Source: an uncultured delta proteobacterium
Lineage (GTDB): Bacteria; Myxococcota_A; Polyangia; Polyangiales; Polyangiaceae
Reading direction: 5' to 3'
Length of the DNA stretch: 64,000 nt
Assembly (NCBI GenBank): GCA_963716725.1
Contig: CAVQUB010000008.1
Coordinates: 160,001-224,000, forward strand
Position numbers and translations under genes: made by a program
Part shown: positions 37,964 through 47,662 of the stretch, piece after piece
Layout: the number at the start of each line of letters is the position of its first letter
Position numbering within the stretch: position 1 is the first letter of the stretch
Notes under the pieces: model-generated
Told to the model about the DNA's origin: nothing
Database searches by the model: none
What the model saw: only the letters and a program-made list of their open reading frames with translations

Positions 37964-40182
37964 TCAGCGGCGCCACAGCTCTTCGAGCAAGCCGGGGTTT
38001 TCGCGGCTCGCGTCGACGGGCACCAGCTTTGCGTGCTCCAGGCCGCCACCGGTGCGGAGGCGCAGCAGGTCCCACGCGTCTTTCGCGCCCATGAACTGCC
38101 CGCCGCTGTCGTGCACGATGCCCGCCTTGCGATCGAAGCGCGCGCGCAGCGTGAGCGCGCGGCCGTCCCGGATCGCGTGCAGGCGCGCTTGATGACCCGC
38201 ACCGAGCAGCACCTCGCCCCCTGGGTGCCACTCCAAGCTCCAAATGCGCGCCTCGTGTCCGGCCAGGGTGCGGTCGAGCTTCCGGCGAATGACATCGACG
38301 ACGCGGATCTGACTGTCGTCGCTGGCGATGGCGAGGAGCCTGCCGTTGGGGCTCCATTTGATCTGACGGATCGGGTGCCCCACTTGCAGCACCTCGGACG
38401 CATGGCCATTGCGCCACACGCTCACGCCGCGTTCCATGTTTGGAAACGCAATCGCGCCGCCGTCGGGCGAGAGCACCGGAGCGGCGTGCAAGGTCCGTCC
38501 TTCGATCTTGTCGAGCAGTCGCCCCGAGTCGACGTCCCAGCGCGCGATGAACTTGCTGGAGGCGGTGATCAGCGTCGTGCCATCCGCCGAGAATGACAGC
38601 GCTTCGACCCGGGCCCAGGCTGCGACCGGCTTCAGGTCGAGGTGGCGCAGCGGTTTCCAGGTGACAGCGTCGATCAAGGCGACGCCCTCGGCTCCTCCCA
38701 CCGCGACCACGGATTTGCTCCAGGCGACGCCACCAACCATCCGGATGCCGACCGAGATGGTCTTCACCACCTTGCGTTTGCCGCGGTCCCAGACACTCAG
38801 ACGCTTGGCGTCGAACACGGCGACTTGCCGCGCGTCCGGCGAGAACGCGAAGCGCGCTCCCCAATCGTCCCGGGTCGGGACGCTGATGGTGCCCGCCTCG
38901 GCGCCGCGAGCGATGTCCCAGACCGACACCGTTCCGTTGCCGACCGCGGCAGCGACGAGGGCGCCATCCGGTGACCAGGCGGGCGGACCCACCGCCGAGG
39001 TCTTGGCGCGGAATCGCTGGAGGATCTCCCCGATCGAGCGCTCCACACGTCGACCCATCCGGTAGCCGCTGTCGCGATGTGCTCGCCCGTCGGGTCGAAG
39101 CTCGCCGCCGTGACGCTGCCCCAAGGGGATCCCAGGCCGCGCACCGGTGCGCCGGAGCTCGCGCTCCACAGGCGCACCTGCGCGTCGTCGTTGCCCGTGG
39201 CGACGAGCGAAGCGTCGGGACTCACCGCCATCGATTCGAGGATGCCGACCGGGAACTTGGTGAGCGTCTTTCCCGTCTCGCTGTCGAGCACCAACACGTT
39301 GGTCCCCGATCCGGTGAACAGCCGGCGGCCGTCGCGGCTGAAGGCTGGGCGCCCCACGCGCTCGGCGGTCTTGAGCGTGCGCGACACCTCGCCCGTCGTC
39401 GGGTCGACGAGCTTCACTCCGCCGTCGCTCGAAACCGCGAGCCGTCCGTCGGGCGCGAAGCTCACGCCCCGCACGCGCTCCGTGATTCGAAAACGTACCG
39501 AGAGCTTCTTGGCGTCCCAGATGTGGGTGATGCCAGCGAGGCTCGTGGTGACGATGGTGTTGTCGTCTTGCGAGAGCGTGATCCCGACCAGCTGTCGCCC
39601 TTCGCTGCCCGGGGGCTCCGCCACGCCGAGCAGTCGTCCCGTGTTCGGGTCGTAGACCGACAGCTCGGTCTTCGGGCCCACCGTGAAGACTCGCTTGCCG
39701 TCGGCCGTGACGGCGAGGTCGAAGGCTGGCTGCTCGATCACGCGCTTGGCCACGAAGCGGGCGAGATCCCAGACGATGACCTGCGAATCCCGCCCGACCG
39801 AGACCAAGGTGGTTCCGTCGGCGCTCCACGCCACGCGCTTCACCGCCTCGTGATGCCCGGTGAGCTGCGCGAGCAATCCTCCTTCGAGGTTCCAGATGCC
39901 GACGGTGTGGTCGAACCCGCCAGTCGCGAGGAAGCGACCCGTTGGGTGAAACGCCACGGACCAGACCTGGGACGAGTGCCCGGTTTGCGGGACCAGGACC
40001 GGCTCCGGAGCGGCCGCGGGCGGTGGAGCGGATTCGGGTTCGGACGGGCTCGGCGTCGCGCGCGCGGTGACCGACCTGCGCGGCAAGTCCGGTGGCAAGC
40101 CCTCCATGCACGCCGTAGCGAGCACCAAGCTCACGGCCGTGGGCCACCTTCGCACGGTCCTCCTACGACGGCCGACAGCCAT
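37964..40182 (-). CDS. WD40-repeat lipoprotein (frameshift at the C4/G4 run 39028-39031)
   Basis: Multiple GH...WD/WN repeats split over two frames; one extra G restores SARSG-EILQRF. Confidence 0.85.
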
Positions 40183-40225
40183 CCCTTCCTGCTCCGGACC
40201 GCGCGGGGGTAGACTGCGTGACTGC

Positions 40226-40852
40226 GTGACATACTGGTCATCCGCCGTCGTCGCGCTCTGCCTGACCGGGTGCGTCGAGAGTGCGGTGGGCTTTGTCCCC
40301 CGCTTTCCCTTCGCGGAAGCACGCGATCTCGAGCTGGTGCACGAGACCCTCACGCTGGAGGTACAGCGCGACGGGTGCGTCCAGGTCTCCGCGCTGTTCC
40401 ACTTCGTTTCACACGGGCCGTCCAAGGATCGGCTGCTCACTTTCCCCATTGGTCCACCGCGGGGCGGCGCGCGCGACTTCGTGGCTGAGCTGCCGGGCCA
40501 TCGCCCCCGGCGGATCCCCGCGACGCGGGGCACTGCGGGCGCCTTGCCCATGGGCGACACCGTCGAGTCGTGGGACATCTGGCTCGACGGCGCCGCGCTC
40601 GAAGCGCACTCCGGCAAGCTCTTGGTGCGCTACGCGCAAGCCGGCGCGGGCGACTTCGGCTACGTGCTCAAGAGCGGCGCGTACTGGCGCGGGCCAATTG
40701 GTCGGCTCGTGCTGATTGTCGACGATCCGCATCTGCGCGTCCGCGCCCTCAGCGTCGAGGGGCAAAGGCTGGACACCAAGGGGAGTCGCCGTGTATCGCT
40801 CGAATTCGTAGGCGTGGAACCCGCCGACCCGGTGAGATTGGAGCTGAAGTGA
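40226..40852 (+). CDS. Lipoprotein, DUF4424-like
   Basis: Lipobox LTGC; YVLKSGAYWRGPIGRLVL motif. Confidence 0.6.
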   Translation: MTYWSSAVVALCLTGCVESAVGFVPRFPFAEARDLELVHETLTLEVQRDGCVQVSALFHFVSHGPSKDRLLTFPIGPPRGGARDFVAELPGHRPRRIPATRGTAGALPMGDTVESWDIWLDGAALEAHSGKLLVRYAQAGAGDFGYVLKSGAYWRGPIGRLVLIVDDPHLRVRALSVEGQRLDTKGSRRVSLEFVGVEPADPVRLELK

Positions 40853-41484
40853 GGATTTGTCGTGCATTTGCCTGCTCGTTGTCGGCGGCGGTCTCGCTCC
40901 TCACGGGCGTGGCTTTTGCGGACGGTGGCCCCAAGATCACCGACTCGCTTTGGATGCCGGTCGGCGTGAATCTCGGCTGGGCAGTCAACCCCAGCCCGGT
41001 CTCCAATGGCTTCTTGGTCGGTCCCGAAGTGAGCTTCGTCTACCTCGATCAATCCGGGCCCTGGGTCGGCGTGTACGCAGACGCGCTCTACGACGGCGGC
41101 GGAGACCGAACCCGCATCAGCATGGGAGCCGAGGCTGGGTACGCGATCCTGGGATTCGACGTCGGCTATGTCACGACCGCGCGCGGCGATCGTGAGCACG
41201 GAGTTCGCGGCCGGCTGATGTTCTCGCTCGCAGCGGTCCACCTGTACGGCGGCGCGGGGCGACTCGCTGACTCCACCTATGGAGAGGCAGGCGTGTTGAT
41301 CAAGATCCCGCTTCAGATCTGGGCGGAGACCCCGCGTCGGCCGTGGATGGATCGCCCCGAGCGCCCGTCGACCTACGAGCCTTCCGACCCGCCGCCCGCT
41401 TCGCCGGGCCCTCCAATCGATCAGCCGCTCGAGCCCGTCCCCGCAAAGCCTGCCGAGCCCGATTTCGCTCAGCCACCGTCGTGA
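40849..41484 (+). CDS. Hypothetical secreted small beta-barrel protein with Pro-rich tail
   Basis: GTGA overlap with the previous gene, signal peptide AFA, amphipathic strands. Confidence 0.65.
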   Translation: MRICRAFACSLSAAVSLLTGVAFADGGPKITDSLWMPVGVNLGWAVNPSPVSNGFLVGPEVSFVYLDQSGPWVGVYADALYDGGGDRTRISMGAEAGYAILGFDVGYVTTARGDREHGVRGRLMFSLAAVHLYGGAGRLADSTYGEAGVLIKIPLQIWAETPRRPWMDRPERPSTYEPSDPPPASPGPPIDQPLEPVPAKPAEPDFAQPPS

Positions 41485-41739
41485 ACTGCGGCCCGAGGCG
41501 GCGATCGACGCGCTTCGTGACGACCCTTGGAAGTCCCCGACGGGGGACAGCCGGAGGGGTGCCAGCGGCGAATCGGCGATTGGCCACCCCGGTCTCGGCG
41601 AAGCCGCGCCGAGCAGGAGCGCGAGGCGATCGCGGTCCGGCTCGCGGCGCTCGAGGCGCGTCTGGGCGTCGACGCCAAGAAGCCCGACTGAGCGCGAACC
41701 CACCGGCCGGCGTGCTCGTCCGAACGCCGCCGGGGTCGC

Positions 41740-42192
41740 TCACCCGCCGTCGGGTTCTTCGATGCTGACCTCGAACGACGGGCCGCGGGCGATGGTCTTC
41801 TTCACCTTGCATGCCCCGATGGCGCGCAGCAGCGCGGGACGGAGCTCTTCGGGGAAACCCGTCGGGAGCGTGACATGTAGGCGGAACTCTCCGGGAACCC
41901 TTGCCGCGGGGTCGTCGATCACATCCTGGCGGATCTTCAGCCCCTCGGTGGGCAGGTCCCGCGCGTGGCAGAAGGCGAGGGCGTACACGCCGGCGCAGGT
42001 GGCGATGGACGCGAGGAAGAGATCGAAGGGACCCGGGGCGGAGTCGGCGCCGCCGTGGACCAGCGACTGATCCGTCGAAATGACCCGGTCACCGATCTGC
42101 GCGTCGACGCGTTTTCCACCGGGAAAGCTGACCTCGATGGAGGTGATTGCGGGTGGGGTGGGGTGGCGTTGGGGCATGGCTTCAGGGTTCAT
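41740..42192 (-). CDS. OsmC family protein
   Basis: TDQ...GG..SAPGPFDLFLASIATC and C.VKKTI motifs. Confidence 0.88.
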   Translation of the reverse strand: MNPEAMPQRHPTPPAITSIEVSFPGGKRVDAQIGDRVISTDQSLVHGGADSAPGPFDLFLASIATCAGVYALAFCHARDLPTEGLKIRQDVIDDPAARVPGEFRLHVTLPTGFPEELRPALLRAIGACKVKKTIARGPSFEVSIEEPDGG

Positions 42193-42274
42193 CGCACCAA
42201 GTCAGAGCCAGATGCTCGCAAATGGGGTCGCGCCCGTCGGCCCGGGTTGACGGCTGTCATGTCGCCGGGGCGCG

Positions 42275-43396
42275 TCACCAGGGTTTCGCGATGCGCATCA
42301 CGCTGCCGTCGTGCTGGGTGCAGGCTTGCACGCCCTGGGTCCCGCGGTTCAGCCAATAGACGTGCGTCGCGTCGAGGGCGACCTTGCGTGGATCGCGCTG
42401 AGCTTGAGCCAGAGCCGTGACCTTCTTGCCCTCGAGATCGGCCGCCATCACCGCGCCGTCGGTGAACTGCGACGGAGTGCCGGCCTCGACCCAGTAAATG
42501 CCCTTGGCGTCCACCGCCACGTCGCTCGGAGTGGGTCGTCCCGAAACCAGCGTGATCTGCTCGCTGCCATCGAGCCGGGCCCGACGGATCGTCCCGTCGC
42601 TCGAGTTCGCCCAGTACAAGTGAACCGCGCTCGCGGTGATGCCGCGGGGGCGACTCTGGTCCTTGGCGAGCTCCGCATATCCGGCGCCCGTGATGTCCGC
42701 GCCCGAGACGGTCCCGGTGGTGTTGCTGATGCCGCTGATGGTGAGGTAGAACTTGGTGCCAACGAGGGCGACGTCCACGGGGGACTCGAGCCCCACGACG
42801 ACGGCGATGCCGCCCGCCGTGCCGCCGTCGAGGTAGCGGCGGCGGAGCTCACCGTCGCTGGAGCCAGCCGCGCCCGCATTGACCCAGAACAGCGAGGTGT
42901 CGTCGATGGCGAGGGCGCGTGGAAACCCCTGTGAGGTGGCGAAAGTCTCGGGAGTGCTCGCCTGCGAGGGCAAGCGCCACACGCTGTCGTCACCCACGGT
43001 CGCCCAGAACACGTCACCGGTGAGCGAGTCGATCTCCACGGCGGCCGGCGAGTGCTGCCCGGTCGCCAAGGTCACGACGCACGCACCCGCGTCGTCGCTG
43101 CACCCCGCGGCCGGCATGGTGGCAACCACGCCGTCCTTGCCGCTGTTCTGCAGCGACCCTTGATCGACCCACAGCACGCTCCCGCCCGAGACGCGCAGAT
43201 CCGACGGGCAGTCGCGACCGGCGGCGAGCACCTGCGCCGACGCTCCGCCAGCGTCCGTCGGCGCGTCGGGCGTCGAATCCGCACTCGCATCGGTGGCGCC
43301 GCCCGTGCCGGAATCCGCGGGCGACTCGCCCACGGGATCCCCCGTGCAGGCGCCGACCGCGAGGGCTGCGGCCAGCGCCCAGCTCAGCGCCCGCAC
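42275..43396 (-). CDS. Beta-propeller lipoprotein (YW/FW repeat type)
   Basis: Lipobox VGAC; repeated P..lAvD...vYW units. Confidence 0.8.
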   Translation of the reverse strand: MRALSWALAAALAVGACTGDPVGESPADSGTGGATDASADSTPDAPTDAGGASAQVLAAGRDCPSDLRVSGGSVLWVDQGSLQNSGKDGVVATMPAAGCSDDAGACVVTLATGQHSPAAVEIDSLTGDVFWATVGDDSVWRLPSQASTPETFATSQGFPRALAIDDTSLFWVNAGAAGSSDGELRRRYLDGGTAGGIAVVVGLESPVDVALVGTKFYLTISGISNTTGTVSGADITGAGYAELAKDQSRPRGITASAVHLYWANSSDGTIRRARLDGSEQITLVSGRPTPSDVAVDAKGIYWVEAGTPSQFTDGAVMAADLEGKKVTALAQAQRDPRKVALDATHVYWLNRGTQGVQACTQHDGSVMRIAKPW

Positions 43397-43406
43397 AGCG
43401 GATAGC

Positions 43407-45536
43407 TCACTTGCACTGGCTCTCCCAGGTCTCCTGGCAGCGATCCTCTTCCTTGGGATCGTTGTCCACAGCGTCGTTGCAGTTGCACGCGCCCTTGCAG
43501 TACCAGCTGATCTTGCCGGTGCGGAAGAACTCGTTCTGCTGGTCGAAGGACGCATTCAGATCGCGCACGCGATCGTGGGGATCGCAGCCGTCGGCTGCCG
43601 GAATGTTGCTGGCGGGCAGGGGCTTCAGGCCAAAGTCGTACTCGACCAGCGCCGATTGATCCTGCAGGGGCGCCTTCTTCTGAGCGATCCCGTAGTAGTC
43701 GTCGAACACCGGCTGGGCCGCGTCGTCAGATGCCAGCTGAACCGCGCCGATGGTCCTGGCCATGACGTGTGCGCCGAAAGGCGTCACCTGGTGGTCACCG
43801 CGGGCGATGTGCATGAGCACGTGGTGCGCTGGGGTGTTGGGCAGGAGATCTTCGGTCATGTACGGCGTGAGCCCGCCGGGCTCGACGCGGTCCCAAGCCA
43901 TCTGCAGGGCTCCGAGCATGAGCTGCACCGAGACGCCGTTGAAGTTGAAGCCCGACTCGAGCATGAGCTCGTAGGCCGGCCAGTCGAAGCTCCGGTTCAG
44001 AACCAAGTTGTAGGACATGCCCGTCTCACCCAAGAGGCCGCGCGTCACGTCCGTGCTGACGGACATGTACGTGGCGCCCATGATGCCGCCCTGACTGTCG
44101 CCGCGGTAGGCGCGCACGCCGGCGTCGATCCAAGCGGGGTCCAGCACCAGAGTGCCGCTCGTATCCTTGATGCCCTCCTTGGCGATGCGCCCCTTCATCA
44201 TGCGCATGACCATCAGCTGATTGACCATGCCCTGGATCTGCCGCTCGGTCAGGCTCTTGAGGCCCTCGAACCTGCCGAGCAAGGTGTCGATGGCGCGCGT
44301 GACGTCGTTCTCGTCGAAGCCGAACAGATTGGTCGAGAAGGCGATCCATTGATTTCGATTGGCCGCGCGCGCCAGGTACCCACCTTGGCCCTCGAAGCGG
44401 CTGCCGAAGAGCCCATGAGCGTTCTGGAGCAGCCCGTGTTTCTTGCCCGACTGCACGCTCTTCGGGACCAGGATCAGCACGTCCCACTCCATCGTTCCGT
44501 TCTGCTCGACGTCGCCCGCGGCGTTGATGTTCAGCCGATCCAGTGGCTTCTTCTTGTCGTAGCTGGTCGAGGCGCTGGTCAGGTAGACCGGCACGGTCAT
44601 CACCAGGTGAATGCGCCGGATCAGCTCGGTGCTGTCCGTCAGCTCCTCGACTTCTTTCAGCTTGAAGGTCGGGCCGTCGTCGCCGACGACCGCGAGGGCC
44701 TTGTCCCGCATCTGGACGATCCAGCGCGAGATGTTGTCTTTGCTGGCGGTGGTGTAGTCCCAGGCGATCTGCAGGTCCTTCCGATCCACCCCGGCCTTAT
44801 CGAGTTCGCTGAAGATTTCTTGGTAGAGTCCGTGGCGCGAATGCACGCTCCACTTCTCGGCGGCCGTGCCATTGGCCAGGAGCTGGCCTTCGCGGATGGC
44901 CTTGAAGACTTTGCTCGGCGGGATCACCTTGTCGTTGACGTCCTCGACGTTCCGGATGGCGACGATGTAGCGCGTGTCGTCCTTCAGGCGCTCCGCCGGA
45001 CGGATCATCAGCAATCGGTGATCGGGCAGGTCGTCGAGGCCGTTGTTGTCGGTGCTCATGTCGAGATCGACCCAATGGGGTACCTTGCGGCCCGTGGAGA
45101 CTTCGAGCAGCACGGTGGGGTGATCTGCCTCCAGCGACTTCTCGATGCTGTACGGAGTCGCGCAGGCCGCGCACTTTGCCAGCGGCAGGTGGGTCATCGG
45201 GCCCTGGCTGGGCGAAAAGCCGTCGTGGTCGTAGAACAGCTCTGGCGGAGCGTGCAGATCGTCTTGGCGTGCCGGCAGCGTGGTGGGGCCGAAGCTCACG
45301 CGCTTTCCGTTGGCGTGCTTCCCGTCCGGATCGTCGCCCAGGTAGACATTCGAGGGGAAGGGCAGCCCGCAGTGCGTGGGCACCATCGGATCGCAGTCGT
45401 CGCCGAGCAGCGGAACAGCGCTCTGGGGCTGCTTCGGGATCTCGGTCCCGCCCTCTTCGTCGTCACCGCAGCCTGAGGCGAGCAGTCCGAACAACACAGC
45501 ACCGAGCGCGAGATAACGAGAGCGAAGCAAGTCCAT
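43407..45536 (-). CDS. Large lipoprotein with alpha/beta-hydrolase-like domain
   Basis: GGAGG RBS; lipobox ASGC; AHGL, GDSQGG nucleophile elbow, GDHQV and late PH. Confidence 0.7.
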   Translation of the reverse strand: MDLLRSRYLALGAVLFGLLASGCGDDEEGGTEIPKQPQSAVPLLGDDCDPMVPTHCGLPFPSNVYLGDDPDGKHANGKRVSFGPTTLPARQDDLHAPPELFYDHDGFSPSQGPMTHLPLAKCAACATPYSIEKSLEADHPTVLLEVSTGRKVPHWVDLDMSTDNNGLDDLPDHRLLMIRPAERLKDDTRYIVAIRNVEDVNDKVIPPSKVFKAIREGQLLANGTAAEKWSVHSRHGLYQEIFSELDKAGVDRKDLQIAWDYTTASKDNISRWIVQMRDKALAVVGDDGPTFKLKEVEELTDSTELIRRIHLVMTVPVYLTSASTSYDKKKPLDRLNINAAGDVEQNGTMEWDVLILVPKSVQSGKKHGLLQNAHGLFGSRFEGQGGYLARAANRNQWIAFSTNLFGFDENDVTRAIDTLLGRFEGLKSLTERQIQGMVNQLMVMRMMKGRIAKEGIKDTSGTLVLDPAWIDAGVRAYRGDSQGGIMGATYMSVSTDVTRGLLGETGMSYNLVLNRSFDWPAYELMLESGFNFNGVSVQLMLGALQMAWDRVEPGGLTPYMTEDLLPNTPAHHVLMHIARGDHQVTPFGAHVMARTIGAVQLASDDAAQPVFDDYYGIAQKKAPLQDQSALVEYDFGLKPLPASNIPAADGCDPHDRVRDLNASFDQQNEFFRTGKISWYCKGACNCNDAVDNDPKEEDRCQETWESQCK

Positions 45537-45644
45537 GGAGGCCTCCGGGGGGCCGGAAGCATATCAGCCGGCTCCGCCCAGCGCAGTGATGGAAGGCGCC
45601 TCATGGCTCGCCCGGCGGGCGGGTTGCGCTAGGATGCCGCCGCC

Positions 45645-47615
45645 GTGCCGGACCTGGACGCCAGCGTCGATTCAGAGCCTCGCCCCGAGTCCGGGCGCAG
45701 CCCGGCCGTGGTGGTCGGGGAGCCCGAGCCGCCGTGGCGATCCAAGCGCCGGAGATTGCGGCGCGCGCGCAAGGCCTTCGGCCTGTTTCTGCTCTTGGCC
45801 CCCGTGGTGGCCGTGGTGGCCATCGACGCTTCACGCAGAGCAGAGCTGCTGGGCACCTTTCAGGGTTACTACCGCTGGACCTACTTCGGCGCGGTGGTGG
45901 AGAGCCTCGTCTTGTGGGGCACCCTGCTCTACGCGGCCGCGCGGCGCAGCGGCTGGGCGCGATGGCTCGCCGCCGCGCTCTTCGTCGTGGGGATCACCTT
46001 CTCGTTCGGGGGTCAGGCCTACTTCTACTCCCAGTACCACGCCTACCTGAACGTCGACGTCTCGGTGTTCGCGTCCAACTTCATGGACAGCGTGATGAAC
46101 CAGCTCTTTGCCGACATCGGGAATTATCTGAAGGCGAAGGCTCCGCCACTCATCGCTGCCATCGTGATGTTGGTGCTCGCCCGTCGCGTGATCCGGCCCC
46201 GGCGCATCCCGGGCATCGTGGCCTGCTACGTCGCGCCCGTCCTCGTGATCGCGTCGTTCTTCATCCCGACCCAGCACCGCCACATTCAGGCAGCCACCCC
46301 CGATGTGCTTTACCTGAACGCCGTGGGTGGCTTGATCCGCACTCAACTCGGGCTCACGGACCAGTCGAACCAGCTTCGTCCCCGGGCCCGGGAGTCCCTG
46401 CCGGTCGAGACGCTCACGGGCAAGCCCCACTCGCCGCGCAACGTCGTGCTCGTGATCCTGGAGAGCGTGCGCGCGGACGCCGCCTGCATCGACCACGATC
46501 CGGAGTGCCAGCGGACTGGGGCCTCGAACCGCCTCTTGCCGAAGCGCTTTGGCCTCAACCAGATGCGCTCTCTCGACTCGTCGACGGCCATCTCACTCGC
46601 GGTGTTGTGGGCAGGGCTCTTGCCGACCGAGGACCGCGAGACGCTGCACACCTGGCCGCTGCTCTTCGACTACGCCCACGCCGCCGGGTGGGACACCGCC
46701 TACTGGACCAGCCAGAACATGATGTTCGGCAACGCTCGGCTGTGGGTGAAGAACCTGGGAGTCAGCAAGTTCATCGCCGCCACCGATCTCGACCCCACCG
46801 CCGATCTCGACATGGGCGCCCCGGAACACCTGCTCGCCGATCATGTCAACCGCGAGATCGGCGGGCTCAAAGAGCCCTTCTTCGCCGTCATTCACCTGTC
46901 GAACGTGCACTATCCCTATCACATCGACCGAGACGGGCCGCTGCCCTTCCAGCCGTGGACGACCAGCAAGGCGCCCGACGAAAACCCCTACTTCTTCAAC
47001 TACTACCAGAACTCGGTCCACCAGCAGGACCTGCACGTCGCGAAGATGCTCGAGCACCTCCGCTCGACGGAGCCCGGCAAGCGCACCGCGGTGATCTACC
47101 TGTCCGACCACGCAGAGGCGTTTCGTGAGCACGGTCAGATGGGGCACACCTTCAGCGTATTCGATGAAGAGATCCACGTGCCCGCGTGGGTGGACGCACC
47201 CGATGGCATCTTGACCGACGAGCAGGCGAAGAACCTGGCCGCCAAGAAGGACGCCTTCGTGTTTCAGGTCGACGTCGCCCCGACCGTCCTGGATCTCATG
47301 GGCCTCTGGGACGAACCGAGCATCGCCAAGTACAAGACCAAGATGCCGGGTCACAGCCTGCTTCGCCCCGAGCTCACGACCCAGGCGCTGCCGATGACGA
47401 ATTGCGCTGGCGTGTGGAGCTGTGCATTCGAGAATTGGGGCTACATGAAGCAGAACATGAAGCTCGAAGCGCGCGCCTGGGACCGAGGCTGGCACTGCTA
47501 TGACGTCGCGGCCGATCCCGAGGAGTCGAACCCTCTCCCGCTCGGCCGCTGTGGCGAGCTCGAGGGCCTGGCCATAAAGACCTTCGGACGACTGCCAGGG
47601 AAGAAGCCGGACTGA
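45645..47615 (+). CDS. Membrane-anchored sulfatase-like hydrolase/transferase (LTA synthase/EptA superfamily)
   Basis: TM helices, NVVLVILESVRAD, HYPY, SDHAE and GH motifs. Confidence 0.85.
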   Translation: MPDLDASVDSEPRPESGRSPAVVVGEPEPPWRSKRRRLRRARKAFGLFLLLAPVVAVVAIDASRRAELLGTFQGYYRWTYFGAVVESLVLWGTLLYAAARRSGWARWLAAALFVVGITFSFGGQAYFYSQYHAYLNVDVSVFASNFMDSVMNQLFADIGNYLKAKAPPLIAAIVMLVLARRVIRPRRIPGIVACYVAPVLVIASFFIPTQHRHIQAATPDVLYLNAVGGLIRTQLGLTDQSNQLRPRARESLPVETLTGKPHSPRNVVLVILESVRADAACIDHDPECQRTGASNRLLPKRFGLNQMRSLDSSTAISLAVLWAGLLPTEDRETLHTWPLLFDYAHAAGWDTAYWTSQNMMFGNARLWVKNLGVSKFIAATDLDPTADLDMGAPEHLLADHVNREIGGLKEPFFAVIHLSNVHYPYHIDRDGPLPFQPWTTSKAPDENPYFFNYYQNSVHQQDLHVAKMLEHLRSTEPGKRTAVIYLSDHAEAFREHGQMGHTFSVFDEEIHVPAWVDAPDGILTDEQAKNLAAKKDAFVFQVDVAPTVLDLMGLWDEPSIAKYKTKMPGHSLLRPELTTQALPMTNCAGVWSCAFENWGYMKQNMKLEARAWDRGWHCYDVAADPEESNPLPLGRCGELEGLAIKTFGRLPGKKPD

Positions 47616-47662
47616 TCCGCGCGGCCCGCTTCGTCCTGCGCGCCGCCCGATACGAGGAGACG

